Of a stretch of DNA of 60,330 nucleotides, positions 33,698 through 42,874 are shown piece after piece (the first letter of the stretch is position 1; every line of letters begins with the position of its first letter). The position numbers and the translations under genes are program-made. The notes under the pieces were generated by a model. It did no database searches. It saw only the letters and a program-made list of their open reading frames with translations, and was not told the origin of the DNA. The stretch comes from an uncultured Candidatus Bathyarchaeia archaeon (GTDB lineage: Archaea > Thermoproteota > Bathyarchaeia > 40CM-2-53-6 > JALHTG01). Location: assembly GCA_964631575.1 (NCBI GenBank), contig CAZVYD010000002.1, forward strand, positions 1 to 60,330. Reading direction: 5' to 3'.

Positions 33698-34792
33698 TTA
33701 GCTTCCGACACATCGAGCCGCATTCTTGCCCTGTCTCCTAGTTCTCCTCCTTACCTCTCTGAATAAGGCAAACGGTGTCACGTAGACAACTCCGATCAAG
33801 CCGCTTGCCACTATACCTGCAAAGAGAGTCGCCAGTTCTGAGTTCAAGGGCAACAGGCCAGACACCCATGAAGCAATACAGAGCGTTGCGACTAGAGGAG
33901 AGATGAAGGCTCGAACTAAAGATCTCATTATTGGGTTTGCTACTGCCCCCTCAGCCACAATAGGACTGAATGAATAGTAGAAGGCGTTGAAAACTCGCAT
34001 GAATTGAACGCCAGCGAAGGTGGACATGACTGTTCGATCTCTAAATCCCCTAAGAAACTGAACCTGAGGCGCTATCTCAGAACCATACGCAGCAGACGCG
34101 ATTACGCAAGGCCGAGTGACCACCACGGTAGTTGTTGTGATGGTGGTCGTAGCGGCATACACCGAGGTCACCGTAGAGATTGTTGAAACTACTGATGTTT
34201 GAACAAAGGTTATGGTAACAGTAGGTGAGAAAGCCGTTGTGCTCTTGTAGGATGAGTTCATTGACGTGACCGTGACTGTTGGAAAGAATGAAGTCGAGGT
34301 ATTGGTAAGCGTGATAGTAGTCAAAGATGTTAGAAGGATCATACTGGTACTTGTTCTCCACGTTGTGGAAGTGCTTGTCTGAGTCAGCCAAAATGTGGAG
34401 GTAGTCGTGGTTGTCGTTGTTGTTGGAAGCGTGGAAGTGGTCACGACGGTTTGTGTTGCTGTTGTGGTTGTGGTCGTCGTCGTATAACTAGTTGACGAGG
34501 ATGTGACTGTATAACTGTAGATGCTGGTCAACGTAGACGTTTCGGTTACTACCGAGGCCGGATCATTAGCATAATCAATCACGCTGATTCCCATCACACG
34601 AGAACCAGCCGAGGAGTTGAAATCGGTTCGACTTATCGCTAGTGCTGGAATTGCCGCGGCTGTGGAAACTCGTTTTCCCACCATAGAGGCAGTGCGATTG
34701 CTGATGAGATTGCTCTCGACACGGGAAGAGGTGTCAACAATCAGCAAGACAGTGACTACTATAAGCACAACTGCAACTAACGATTTTCTCAT
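33698..34792 (-). CDS. Thr/Ser-rich secreted protein with a CVIASAAYGSE...LRGFRD C-terminal membrane domain
   Basis: N-terminal hydrophobic anchor/signal and long low-complexity T/S/V tracts (TTTTTTTATQ..., FSPTVT repeats). The conserved C-terminal module carries 2-3 hydrophobic helices and a basic tail. Confidence 0.7.
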   Translation of the reverse strand: MRKSLVAVVLIVVTVLLIVDTSSRVESNLISNRTASMVGKRVSTAAAIPALAISRTDFNSSAGSRVMGISVIDYANDPASVVTETSTLTSIYSYTVTSSSTSYTTTTTTTTATQTVVTTSTLPTTTTTTTTSTFWLTQTSTSTTWRTSTSMILLTSLTTITLTNTSTSFFPTVTVTSMNSSYKSTTAFSPTVTITFVQTSVVSTISTVTSVYAATTTITTTTVVVTRPCVIASAAYGSEIAPQVQFLRGFRDRTVMSTFAGVQFMRVFNAFYYSFSPIVAEGAVANPIMRSLVRAFISPLVATLCIASWVSGLLPLNSELATLFAGIVASGLIGVVYVTPFALFREVRRRTRRQGKNAARCVGS

Positions 34793-35790
34793 TGCGACAC
34801 ACCGGCCGGAGGCCGACTGCGCCTACCCTCACTCAGTTTGGTTAATGAGGAAGTAACCGATCTCCTGACACTGCCCTTCCTGAGCAAATATCGAATCCCC
34901 AGCGCAGTCGGAGCAACATATGTCAATCCAAGCAGAGCGCTAGTAAATACTCCTGTCACAGCTATTCCTACTTCCGGAGCGAAGCTAAAGGCATTGAAAA
35001 TGACTGACGATGCCTGAAGGATCCCCAACAGTGGACATAGGAACAGACGCACAGCAATAGCCATTGGTTGCGATGAGGCAACAACCGGCGCAACGATCGG
35101 GTTGAACGAGTAGTAAAATGCATCAAAAGCCTTCATGAATTCTACCCCAGAAAATGTGGACCGACCCCTTTGATCTCTAAATTCTCTAAGAGATCGGACC
35201 GGTTCGGCGAACTCTGATCCATGTGCGGCTGAAACTATGATGGAGGGACGCCGCATGTCAGGAGCCATAATCGTTGTCACAGTTCTCGTTGTTGTCGTCA
35301 TGGTGATAGTCGAGGAGGCGGTTGCAGTAGTGGTCAGGAAGGTCGATGTGGTAGTAGTCGTGGTTTCTGTGGATACGGTTGAGGTCAAGGTTACCGTTGG
35401 CGAGTACACCGTTGTACTTGCATTGGTCACCCTAGTCACGGGAACAGTTATTGTCGGTGAGAAAAGTGTGGATGTATGAGTCAGCGTCACAGTAGAAGAT
35501 GTTGTCTCAGTGAACCATGATGTCGATTGGGCGGTGACAGCGGTGAGCAACGTGATGCTTTCCCGAGAGGTCGAAACATACGTAGCGGTTACAGATGTCG
35601 TTGTCGAGGTAGTCTCAAGCGTGTAAAGCGTCATCGTGTACGTCGTGGTTGTCGTTGTGTATGACACACTCGTGGTTTGAGTATACGTCGTAACGTATGT
35701 TGTCGATGTCTCTGCACTTGCATTGTTGCCCGTGAGCGATCCTACTGCGAGTACGAGAAAGAGAAAGAGCAGAATGTACAGGCACCTCAT
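34789..35790 (-). CDS. Paralogous Thr/Ser-rich secreted protein with a SIIVSAAHGSE...LREFRD C-terminal membrane domain
   Basis: Signal peptide MRCLYILLFLFLVLAVGSLTG and the same architecture as the downstream paralog. The two genes are coupled by a 4-nt overlap. Confidence 0.7.
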   Translation of the reverse strand: MRCLYILLFLFLVLAVGSLTGNNASAETSTTYVTTYTQTTSVSYTTTTTTYTMTLYTLETTSTTTSVTATYVSTSRESITLLTAVTAQSTSWFTETTSSTVTLTHTSTLFSPTITVPVTRVTNASTTVYSPTVTLTSTVSTETTTTTTSTFLTTTATASSTITMTTTTRTVTTIMAPDMRRPSIIVSAAHGSEFAEPVRSLREFRDQRGRSTFSGVEFMKAFDAFYYSFNPIVAPVVASSQPMAIAVRLFLCPLLGILQASSVIFNAFSFAPEVGIAVTGVFTSALLGLTYVAPTALGIRYLLRKGSVRRSVTSSLTKLSEGRRSRPPAGVSQ

Positions 35791-35982
35791 TGAACAATTT
35801 CACCGCGAAGCTTGCTTATGATGATGGCATTGGATTCTTGAGTATTGCGGGCTATTTCATCCTTCCCTTCTGTGGCTACATGTGTCAGCACTTGATAGTG
35901 GGACGAATTCGGCATCAACTGAAGGAAAACCGCCGTACACTGGCGCAATCTTGGATAAGCGGCTGGGTTACAGGTACAAAGG

Positions 35983-36780
35983 TTATGCAGGAATTGTCGA
36001 TGCTAGGTGATCCTTGAGTCGCAGAATTTGCTGTATTGCTGACGACATCGGCGCATGATCTATTGGCGCTATTCCTGCTCGATCGGCCTCGACCAATCTC
36101 CTGTCAAGTGGAATCGAATGCGAGAGAGGTATTCCCTGTGAACCTAGCGCTGACATAAGGAAGCTTTCGTCTTCTCTAGAGGCAACTTTGTTTGCAACAA
36201 AGAGAATCCGGCTCAGTCCTAGATCCCTAGACAGCTCCATGATTCTCAGCGAGACATCAACGGAGCGGGCACTGGCCTCGACTACGTTTAGAAGCACATC
36301 GACTCCTTTCACGGTTCCTCTTCCCAGATGTTCTAGACCCGCTTCCATGTCCATCACAACTGTATCGTCGTTCCGCAAAATCGCATGCCGCAGGAAGGCG
36401 CGTAGAAGGGAACTTGACGGACACATACATCCAGATCCCCCAGCCTTAACCGTCCCCATAACAAGCAACCAGACTCCATCTGGCCCTCTCACACCAAATC
36501 TTTCCGCCAAGTCGTCTACTCTCGGGGTCAGGCTGAAGACTGCGCCTGAGGCTTCGCCTAGCCCAAGCCCTGTTCTCTCTCTTATCAGATCGGTGTTTTC
36601 TGAGATAGAGACTATTTTCGAAGCAACTTCCTTGGGAACCCCTATCGCGGAGGGTAGATTTCTAGCCGGATCTGCGTCTATGGCAAGAACTCTATAGCCG
36701 TCGCGTGCCAAGAGCCTGCTCAGGGTTCCTGCGATTGTCGTCTTTCCAACTCCACCCTTGCCTGCGACGGCTACCTTCAT
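35983..36780 (-). CDS. cooC: CooC-type nickel-insertion ATPase (CODH/ACS maturation factor)
   Basis: Deviant Walker A AGKGGVGKTT, LAIDADP and the diagnostic CxC motif GSGCMCPSS. Confidence 0.85.
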   Translation of the reverse strand: MKVAVAGKGGVGKTTIAGTLSRLLARDGYRVLAIDADPARNLPSAIGVPKEVASKIVSISENTDLIRERTGLGLGEASGAVFSLTPRVDDLAERFGVRGPDGVWLLVMGTVKAGGSGCMCPSSSLLRAFLRHAILRNDDTVVMDMEAGLEHLGRGTVKGVDVLLNVVEASARSVDVSLRIMELSRDLGLSRILFVANKVASREDESFLMSALGSQGIPLSHSIPLDRRLVEADRAGIAPIDHAPMSSAIQQILRLKDHLASTIPA

Positions 36781-37130
36781 CGGACGGTCTTCTCCGCTTT
36801 CCGGTCTTCATATCTTCTCCAGAGTTCACGAACCTTCTCGTCGCCGCGAGACTTCAAATTAAGCCAAATATCCTCTATAGTGCTCTCATATCTGCCGGAT
36901 CTTTCGCATCGGGATACTTCCTCAAGAAACCGCAACATGCCCCCTATTAGAGGGTCTTTCTTCAATCCTATTGATTCCTTCGTAACATCGATCTCCAAGA
37001 CAACTGCGTCATCGACACTAGTTGCGGAGCCTAGAATATCCTTCAGGGTCAGCACACCATTCGACAGACTTGCATAGACGATGTCATGTGCCACGAGTCG
37101 TCCTTGATCAAAAACTTTGAATTCGCACAT
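36777..37130 (-). CDS. cooT: CooT-like putative nickel chaperone with a C-terminal helical extension
   Basis: It starts MCEFKVF... (Cys2, as in CooT). A ~60-aa beta-rich domain ends ...VLEIDVTKESIGLKK. About 55 charged residues follow. It overlaps cooC by 4 nt. Confidence 0.55.
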   Translation of the reverse strand: MCEFKVFDQGRLVAHDIVYASLSNGVLTLKDILGSATSVDDAVVLEIDVTKESIGLKKDPLIGGMLRFLEEVSRCERSGRYESTIEDIWLNLKSRGDEKVRELWRRYEDRKAEKTVR

Positions 37131-37563
37131 CTTGAACCATCGACCTAGGCTTATTGATCCATCCGAACTCCTTCAAACGCATGCTATTTAGAATATCGTT
37201 CAAGCTCCACCGAGGAAGCTATTCGCTACGTTCATTCAATAGCGATCGCAGATGGAAGCACATTCGTAGAATTCCCGGTCACAAGCTGCGCAGGATTCAC
37301 ATTGTCAAGGACAATCGTCAGGCTGCATCGGCCAGGAGAATCACGGCCTACGTCTTCTGGTCCTCCAAAATCCCTCTAGGAGTCAAAGATGAACTTATCG
37401 AAGTCCTGAAAGTCTTTAGCCTCAATTTGCTTAACCAGATCGTTGCAGGAGAATCCGCTTCGAGTTGAGCTGCGTGAATCCGGATTGAATGTTACATCAG
37501 ACAGTGACATAGCCCTTAATATTATTGAACTCCGAGATCGATGCAACATCTGGGTGGCAATGA

Positions 37564-38580
37564 ATGAAGACTGAAAAGGTAGGCGTAGCAGTCATCGGCA
37601 CAGGATTCGTAGGCGGCCAAGCTCACGTACCCTCGTTTAAGTCAATGCCGGGAGCTGAACTTGTGGCCTTGGGAGCAAGAACTGAGAAGAGAGTTTCAAA
37701 GCTTTCTCAGAAGTACGGCGTTCCATACCATTTGGATCACAGAGAGTTGATAGGAGATCCGAGAGTGAACGCTGTGGTGATCGCCACACCGACCCCACTC
37801 CATTTCTCTGTAGCTATGGAAGCTCTGGCCAACGGGAAGCACGTACTGTGTGAAATGCCGATAGCGCCGACTCTGCTTGAAATTGAGCGGTTGAAGCGTG
37901 AAGCAGAGAAGGCAAGAGTAATCATGATGCCGGTTCTGAACTTCCGCTTCACGCCCAACTACGCAAAGGCGAAATCTCTCATAGAGGAAGGAACTCTGGG
38001 AAAGGTTGTTGCTGCTTCATTCAGGGAATACATAGCTGCTAAGCTTCTGGCAGCGCAATGGCCTGCCGGGTCTTGGGCTTGGGACAAGAAAGTGAGCGGG
38101 GGATACCCCGACTTCACTTTGTCTGTCTGGTCCATAGATTTACTGCGATGGCTCTTCGACGCCGAATATGAATCGGTGGAATGGGCGCCCAACTATGCGC
38201 CGCTCGGAGGAGCATTTGGCGGAATAGTAGGTTACAATACCATGGGATTGATGAAACTGTCTTCCGGCATAGTTGTCTCAGTCCACTACAGTTGTACAGT
38301 GGCCTCAAGTGAGACTTCAAGCAGACTAGAGATATTTGGAGATAATACGCGCTCCCTTTATGCAGATGGAAATGATAGACTTGTCCTCACTGGCGAGGAT
38401 CCAACTAGGCAGGAGTGGAAATTCCAAGAGAGCGGCCCGGCAGTCTGGGGTCACTACCAGATAGATCGACATTTCATAAGATGCATACTTGGACAGGACA
38501 AGCCTAGAGTGACCATGGACGATGCTGCTAAGGCCACAGAAGTAGCCCTAAAGATACATGGAAAACGAAACGATCTTTGA
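37564..38580 (+). CDS. Gfo/Idh/MocA family NAD(P)-dependent oxidoreductase
   Basis: N-terminal Rossmann motif VGVAVIGTGFVGGQAHVPSF, the EMP motif (LCEMPIA), and a size of 338 aa. Confidence 0.8.
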   Translation: MKTEKVGVAVIGTGFVGGQAHVPSFKSMPGAELVALGARTEKRVSKLSQKYGVPYHLDHRELIGDPRVNAVVIATPTPLHFSVAMEALANGKHVLCEMPIAPTLLEIERLKREAEKARVIMMPVLNFRFTPNYAKAKSLIEEGTLGKVVAASFREYIAAKLLAAQWPAGSWAWDKKVSGGYPDFTLSVWSIDLLRWLFDAEYESVEWAPNYAPLGGAFGGIVGYNTMGLMKLSSGIVVSVHYSCTVASSETSSRLEIFGDNTRSLYADGNDRLVLTGEDPTRQEWKFQESGPAVWGHYQIDRHFIRCILGQDKPRVTMDDAAKATEVALKIHGKRNDL

Positions 38581-38897
38581 GATCGCAGCCGTGAGCTATG
38601 TGTTCCGGGAAAACTGGGAGGAGCACCAGACGGATTCAGTCGAAAAGCCACTCTATTACCCCGGCTTTCCTCAGCTTCTCAATGAGCCTGATCTTCGAAA
38701 GAAGAGTTGAGGCGACATAGAAGGAACCATCGTGCCTCCCAGTGAAAGATGCAGATGCTGCGTCGAATCGGCCAGTGCGTCCTAACCTGCCCACCTACAG
38801 CTGCATTTGAAGCGATGCCCAACCCCAAGAAGCGGACTGAGATAGGCCCGGGGCCACGAGGCGAGTCTTGAGGGTGCTATCGAGAAACGTTAGATCC

Positions 38898-39704
38898 TCA
38901 AGATTCAAGCGGCATCTTTTCAACCATATCCTTGATCGCCCGATATGCAGGAGAGCTGTCAGGTAGCATCATCAAAGATTTCCCTGCAATATCATACTCT
39001 TGAACAAGCGAATCCTCTGGGATGACGGCTACGCATTCAAGTCCAAGCTTCTCGACTGATTGCGCGATAACCGCCTTCAGAGCATCTGGAACGCGATTAG
39101 CAACTGCATAGATTTGCCTGAAATCTATCTGTAGCTGCTCTGAAAGCTCGAATATCCGGCGCGCGGTCTCAATTGACCTTGCTGTAGGATCGGTCGCGAT
39201 CAACATAACGTCAACATTTCCAGTTGTTCTTCTACTCAAGTGTTCGAGACCTGCCTCAGCGTCAATCACCATCAAGGGGTAGTTCTTTGAGATTGCTAGG
39301 ACTATCTTTCTCAGAAGGGTGTTGACGTAGCAATAGCAGCCGGGGCCTTCAGGCCTACCCATAGCTAGAAGATCGAATCTGCTGCTCTCTACCAGAGAGC
39401 TGTGAACCATGAACTCTAGGTATGATTCCTTAGACATTTCCGGCGAAAGTCTCTCCTTCTCCTCAAGCAGTTGCTCTCGAATGTCTCCAACAGTCTTCTT
39501 GAGAGAAATTCCAAGCACTTGGTTCAGATTCGAGTTTGGATCAGCGTCAACTGCGAGAATCGTCTCAGTCGTCTTTTCCATGAGGGCTCTTATTAGGAGA
39601 GCGGCTATCGTGGTCTTCCCGGTCCCCCCTTTGCCCGTTACGACTATCGAGAATCCCAAGGACTTCTCCCTATGCTTTTCTTTGGAATTGTGATTTGTCC
39701 TCAT
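38898..39704 (-). CDS. cooC: Second CooC-type nickel-insertion ATPase
   Basis: Walker A TGKGGTGKTT, AVDADPN and the CxC motif GPGCYCYVN. It is divergent from cdhA. Confidence 0.85.
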   Translation of the reverse strand: MRTNHNSKEKHREKSLGFSIVVTGKGGTGKTTIAALLIRALMEKTTETILAVDADPNSNLNQVLGISLKKTVGDIREQLLEEKERLSPEMSKESYLEFMVHSSLVESSRFDLLAMGRPEGPGCYCYVNTLLRKIVLAISKNYPLMVIDAEAGLEHLSRRTTGNVDVMLIATDPTARSIETARRIFELSEQLQIDFRQIYAVANRVPDALKAVIAQSVEKLGLECVAVIPEDSLVQEYDIAGKSLMMLPDSSPAYRAIKDMVEKMPLES

Positions 39705-39925
39705 CGCGAATACTTTAGTTTGCCGCTGGGAAGAGGAAAGTCAGCTTGCCCTCAAGAGACAATGCTTCACCTCAGTGGGGTAGTGGCTCGAAACGAGCGA
39801 TGGCATCCTGATGATTGCGAGTGAGTATTCGCACCGTAAGCGTTGTCCGCACCGCGTGTCGTAGTATCAGAGATAAGTAATCAACTCGCCTCTGAAAATC
39901 GCTGGGGCCATAGGAGACATAAGGG

Positions 39926-39933
39926 CTATATAA
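39926..39933 (+). promoter_or_regulatory. Candidate TATA box for the cdh operon
   Basis: CTATATAA lies about 54 nt upstream of the cdhA TTG start. The purine-rich GGCGAGG at 39978-39984 is a possible SD. Confidence 0.4.
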
Positions 39934-39986
39934 CAAGGCAAAATCCTGAGTTGCAAGCATTCGCGTCTGTTGTGTAGGCGAGGCAA

Positions 39987-42332
39987 TTGTCTAAGAAAGC
40001 GCTCCAGCTGAAAGTGGAGGAACTGAGAACAGAAATAGCTCTTCTCAAGAATTTGGAGATTACTGTCGGAAGAATCTATGAGGAAACATGGTCCGAAAAG
40101 ATTGGGCCGACACCGTTCCCTTCACTCCTTGATTTGAGGGAGTGGGATCTGAAGCTTCTAGAGCGCTACCAGCCATTCTACATGCCCTTCTGCGACCTGT
40201 GCTGCCTTTGCACCACGGGAAAGTGTGATCTGACCAAGCAGAAGCGCGGAGGATGTGGATTAGACATTTCCGGACAGCAATCTCGGATGGTACTCATAAC
40301 AGAGTGCATAGGGGCTTCGACGCACATAGCACATGCGAGGCATCTTGTAGATCACCTGATAGAGAAACATGGGCATGACTGTTCAATCAATGTGGGGCAG
40401 AACATAGAGGTGGAGGCTCCCATCATCAGGACTGTTTGCGCCATAAGGCCAAAGACTCTCGAAGACTTGGAAGACGTCTTAGAGTATGCTGAATCTCAGA
40501 TCACAGGCCTGTTAGCAGCTACAGCCACCGGACAAGAGGAAAGCAACATCGACTTTGAATCAAAGATCCTGCACGCGGGGATGATTGATCATGTGGCCAT
40601 GGAGGCCGCGGACATCGCACAAGTTTCGGCAATGGGCTTTCCAAGAGCTGACCCGGATGCTCCCCTTGCTGAGATTGGGTTTGGAACAGTAGATGTCTCA
40701 AAGCCTACGATCCTTGTGATTGGACACAACGTTCTGCCAGCAGCAGCGATCATGGATTACATAGACAGTCAGAAGATGTACGGTCAGATCGAGGTTGCCG
40801 GAATCTGCTGCACGGCACATGACGTGACAAGATACAACCCTAAAGCCAAGATTGTTGGGCCGCTTTCATGGCAATTGAGATTCATTCGAAGCGGGCTTCC
40901 AGACCTGATAGTTCTCGATGAGCAGTGCATACGAGCAGACACTCTGATCGAAGCTCAGAAGATCAAGGCACCGGTCATTGTGACCAGTGACAAGAACTGC
41001 GCTGAATTGGCAAACCGAACTGCTGACGATATCAATGAGATTGTAGCCGATCTTGTTTCGGGAAAGGCTCTTGGGGTCTTGATTCTGAACCCTGAAAAGG
41101 TTGGGGAAGTCGCTGTACGAGCTGTAAGGGAAGTGGCACCAAAGCGAAGTAAATTCAAGAACTTACCGAACCAAGACAGATTAGTCGCGATGGCAAAGAA
41201 GTGCAGCGGCTGCAGTGAATGTAGAAGAGCCTGCCCCAATGATCTGCTCATTCCTGAAGCAATGGCTTTCGCTGCCAGAGGCAATGTTGCGCCTCTTTCT
41301 GAACTCCTAAACGGCTGTATTGGATGCGCAAAATGCGAATCTGCATGTCCTAACAGGGTGCCAGTCCATAGCCTCATCGTTTCAGCTGCAGGCGAAGCTC
41401 TCTCACAAGAAAGATACAAGATTCGGGTTGGTCGAGGAGGAATCCAAGATGTTGAGATTCGAAAGGTAGGAAGACCTATAGTGCTTGGGGAGATTCCTGG
41501 CATTGTGGCTTTTGTCGGGTGTTCAAACTATCCGCATGGAGGCTGCGAAGTTGCGGAGATGGCTGAGGAATTTCTGAAGCGACGCTTCATCGTGACATCT
41601 TCTGGCTGTGCAGCTATGTCGATTGCCATGCACACGAACGAGAATGGGAAGAACATCTACGAGAGCTACCCGGGCGCATTCGATGCTGGATGCATCTCGA
41701 ATGTGGGCTCATGCGTGGCGAACTCTCATGTGGCGGGAGCAGCCATGAAAATCGCCAGCATATTCGCAAGACGCGATCTGCGAGGTAACTACGAAGAAGT
41801 CGCTGACTATGTCCTGAACAGGGTCGGAGCTGTTGGTGTGGCTTGGGGAGCCATGTCTCAGAAAGCTGCTGCAATCGCTGGCGGGTGCTGGCGCCTAGGG
41901 ATCCCCATTGTGGTGGGACCTCACGGCATGAAGTATCGGAGGATGCTTCTTGGCAGAAAGGATCGTGAGAATGATTGGTACGTCTACGATGCGCGAACAG
42001 GAGCCAAGACGTATGTTGGTCCAGCGCCTGAACACCTGTTCTACGCCGCAGAAACGAAAGAGGAGGCAATTGTAATGATTGCCAAGCTGTGCATGCGTCC
42101 CAACGATACTTCAAAGGGTCGAGCAATAAAGCTAACTCACTACGTCGACCTACACAAACGCTTGTTCGGCGTGGTTCCTGATGATATTCACTTGTTTGTG
42201 CGCAGAGTCAGCGATATTCCCATGACCATGAAGAACGAAATCGAGAAGATACTCGTCCAGAAGGAATGGAAGGAGAGAATCATCCCCGATCCAACATTGT
42301 TGACACGTCTGGTAAGGAGGAGGAAAGAGTGA
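39987..42332 (+). CDS. cdhA: Acetyl-CoA decarbonylase/synthase alpha subunit (CODH catalytic subunit, archaeal type)
   Basis: CDLCCLCTTGKCDL cluster motifs and an inserted 2x[4Fe-4S] ferredoxin domain (CSGCSECRRACP, CIGCAKCESACP). The C-cluster region includes GCSNYPHGG. The TTG start is the first start codon after the in-frame stop. Confidence 0.9.
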   Translation: MSKKALQLKVEELRTEIALLKNLEITVGRIYEETWSEKIGPTPFPSLLDLREWDLKLLERYQPFYMPFCDLCCLCTTGKCDLTKQKRGGCGLDISGQQSRMVLITECIGASTHIAHARHLVDHLIEKHGHDCSINVGQNIEVEAPIIRTVCAIRPKTLEDLEDVLEYAESQITGLLAATATGQEESNIDFESKILHAGMIDHVAMEAADIAQVSAMGFPRADPDAPLAEIGFGTVDVSKPTILVIGHNVLPAAAIMDYIDSQKMYGQIEVAGICCTAHDVTRYNPKAKIVGPLSWQLRFIRSGLPDLIVLDEQCIRADTLIEAQKIKAPVIVTSDKNCAELANRTADDINEIVADLVSGKALGVLILNPEKVGEVAVRAVREVAPKRSKFKNLPNQDRLVAMAKKCSGCSECRRACPNDLLIPEAMAFAARGNVAPLSELLNGCIGCAKCESACPNRVPVHSLIVSAAGEALSQERYKIRVGRGGIQDVEIRKVGRPIVLGEIPGIVAFVGCSNYPHGGCEVAEMAEEFLKRRFIVTSSGCAAMSIAMHTNENGKNIYESYPGAFDAGCISNVGSCVANSHVAGAAMKIASIFARRDLRGNYEEVADYVLNRVGAVGVAWGAMSQKAAAIAGGCWRLGIPIVVGPHGMKYRRMLLGRKDRENDWYVYDARTGAKTYVGPAPEHLFYAAETKEEAIVMIAKLCMRPNDTSKGRAIKLTHYVDLHKRLFGVVPDDIHLFVRRVSDIPMTMKNEIEKILVQKEWKERIIPDPTLLTRLVRRRKE

Positions 42333-42874
42333 TGAGCAAACCTGAGCCTTGGCAGAAAGCTGAGGTTCCGGGTCCAATGAAGGCACTGGTGATATCCAAA
42401 CCGGAGGCCGTAGTCGCGATGATCAAGAGTGCGAAGAGGCCACTCTTCATAGTTGGGCCGGAATCGGCGGAGCGAGAGATCGCTGGAGAAAAAGAGATCG
42501 ACCAGCTGATTCAAATAGCCAAAGCCGGAAAAATACCGATTGTCGCAACAAGCCGAGCAGTCATCGATTTCACTAGACGAAACTATGATCCCGCTTTATG
42601 GATGCCTGCCGTTGACATTGCCAATAGACTGCGAGATCCGAAGTGGATGGGTGTGAAGGGGGAAGGGCAGCACGATCTTGCCCTCTTCGCAGGAATGCAG
42701 TATTATGTCGAATGGTTGTTGCTATCCGGTTTGAAGCATTTTGGAGATGTGAGAACTGTTAGCTTTGGCAGATTCTATCAACCTCACGCCAATTGGTCAT
42801 TCCCAAATCTAGACGAGAAAGAGTGGGAGCAGAATCTTAGGGCTGTACGGAATGGGTTTGGGAGGGTCAAGTAG
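42332..42874 (+). CDS. cdhB: Acetyl-CoA decarbonylase/synthase epsilon subunit
   Basis: MSKPEPWQKAEVPGP...MIKSAKRPLFIVGP, about 180 aa. ATG 42332 overlaps the cdhA stop, and GGAGG lies upstream. Confidence 0.85.
   Translation: MSKPEPWQKAEVPGPMKALVISKPEAVVAMIKSAKRPLFIVGPESAEREIAGEKEIDQLIQIAKAGKIPIVATSRAVIDFTRRNYDPALWMPAVDIANRLRDPKWMGVKGEGQHDLALFAGMQYYVEWLLLSGLKHFGDVRTVSFGRFYQPHANWSFPNLDEKEWEQNLRAVRNGFGRVK

Noticed and set aside
33698-35790. Repetitive ACN/GTN-rich DNA as a possible CRISPR array or tandem-repeat locus
   Set aside because: There are no regularly spaced identical repeats. The periodicity is codon-level low complexity that encodes Thr/Val-rich protein within two long ORFs.
35790-36017. 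75-aa plus-strand ORF between the Thr-rich genes and cooC
   Set aside because: It overlaps the 3' end of cooC on the opposite strand and has no family resemblance. It is likely spurious.
38558-38710. 50-codon plus-strand ORF (MENETIFEIAAVSYVFRENWEEHQTDSVEKPLYYPGFPQLLNEPDLRKKS) overlapping the end of the Gfo/Idh/MocA gene
   Set aside because: Its composition is protein-like, but it is short, has no SD and no recognisable motif. The evidence is insufficient to call it.
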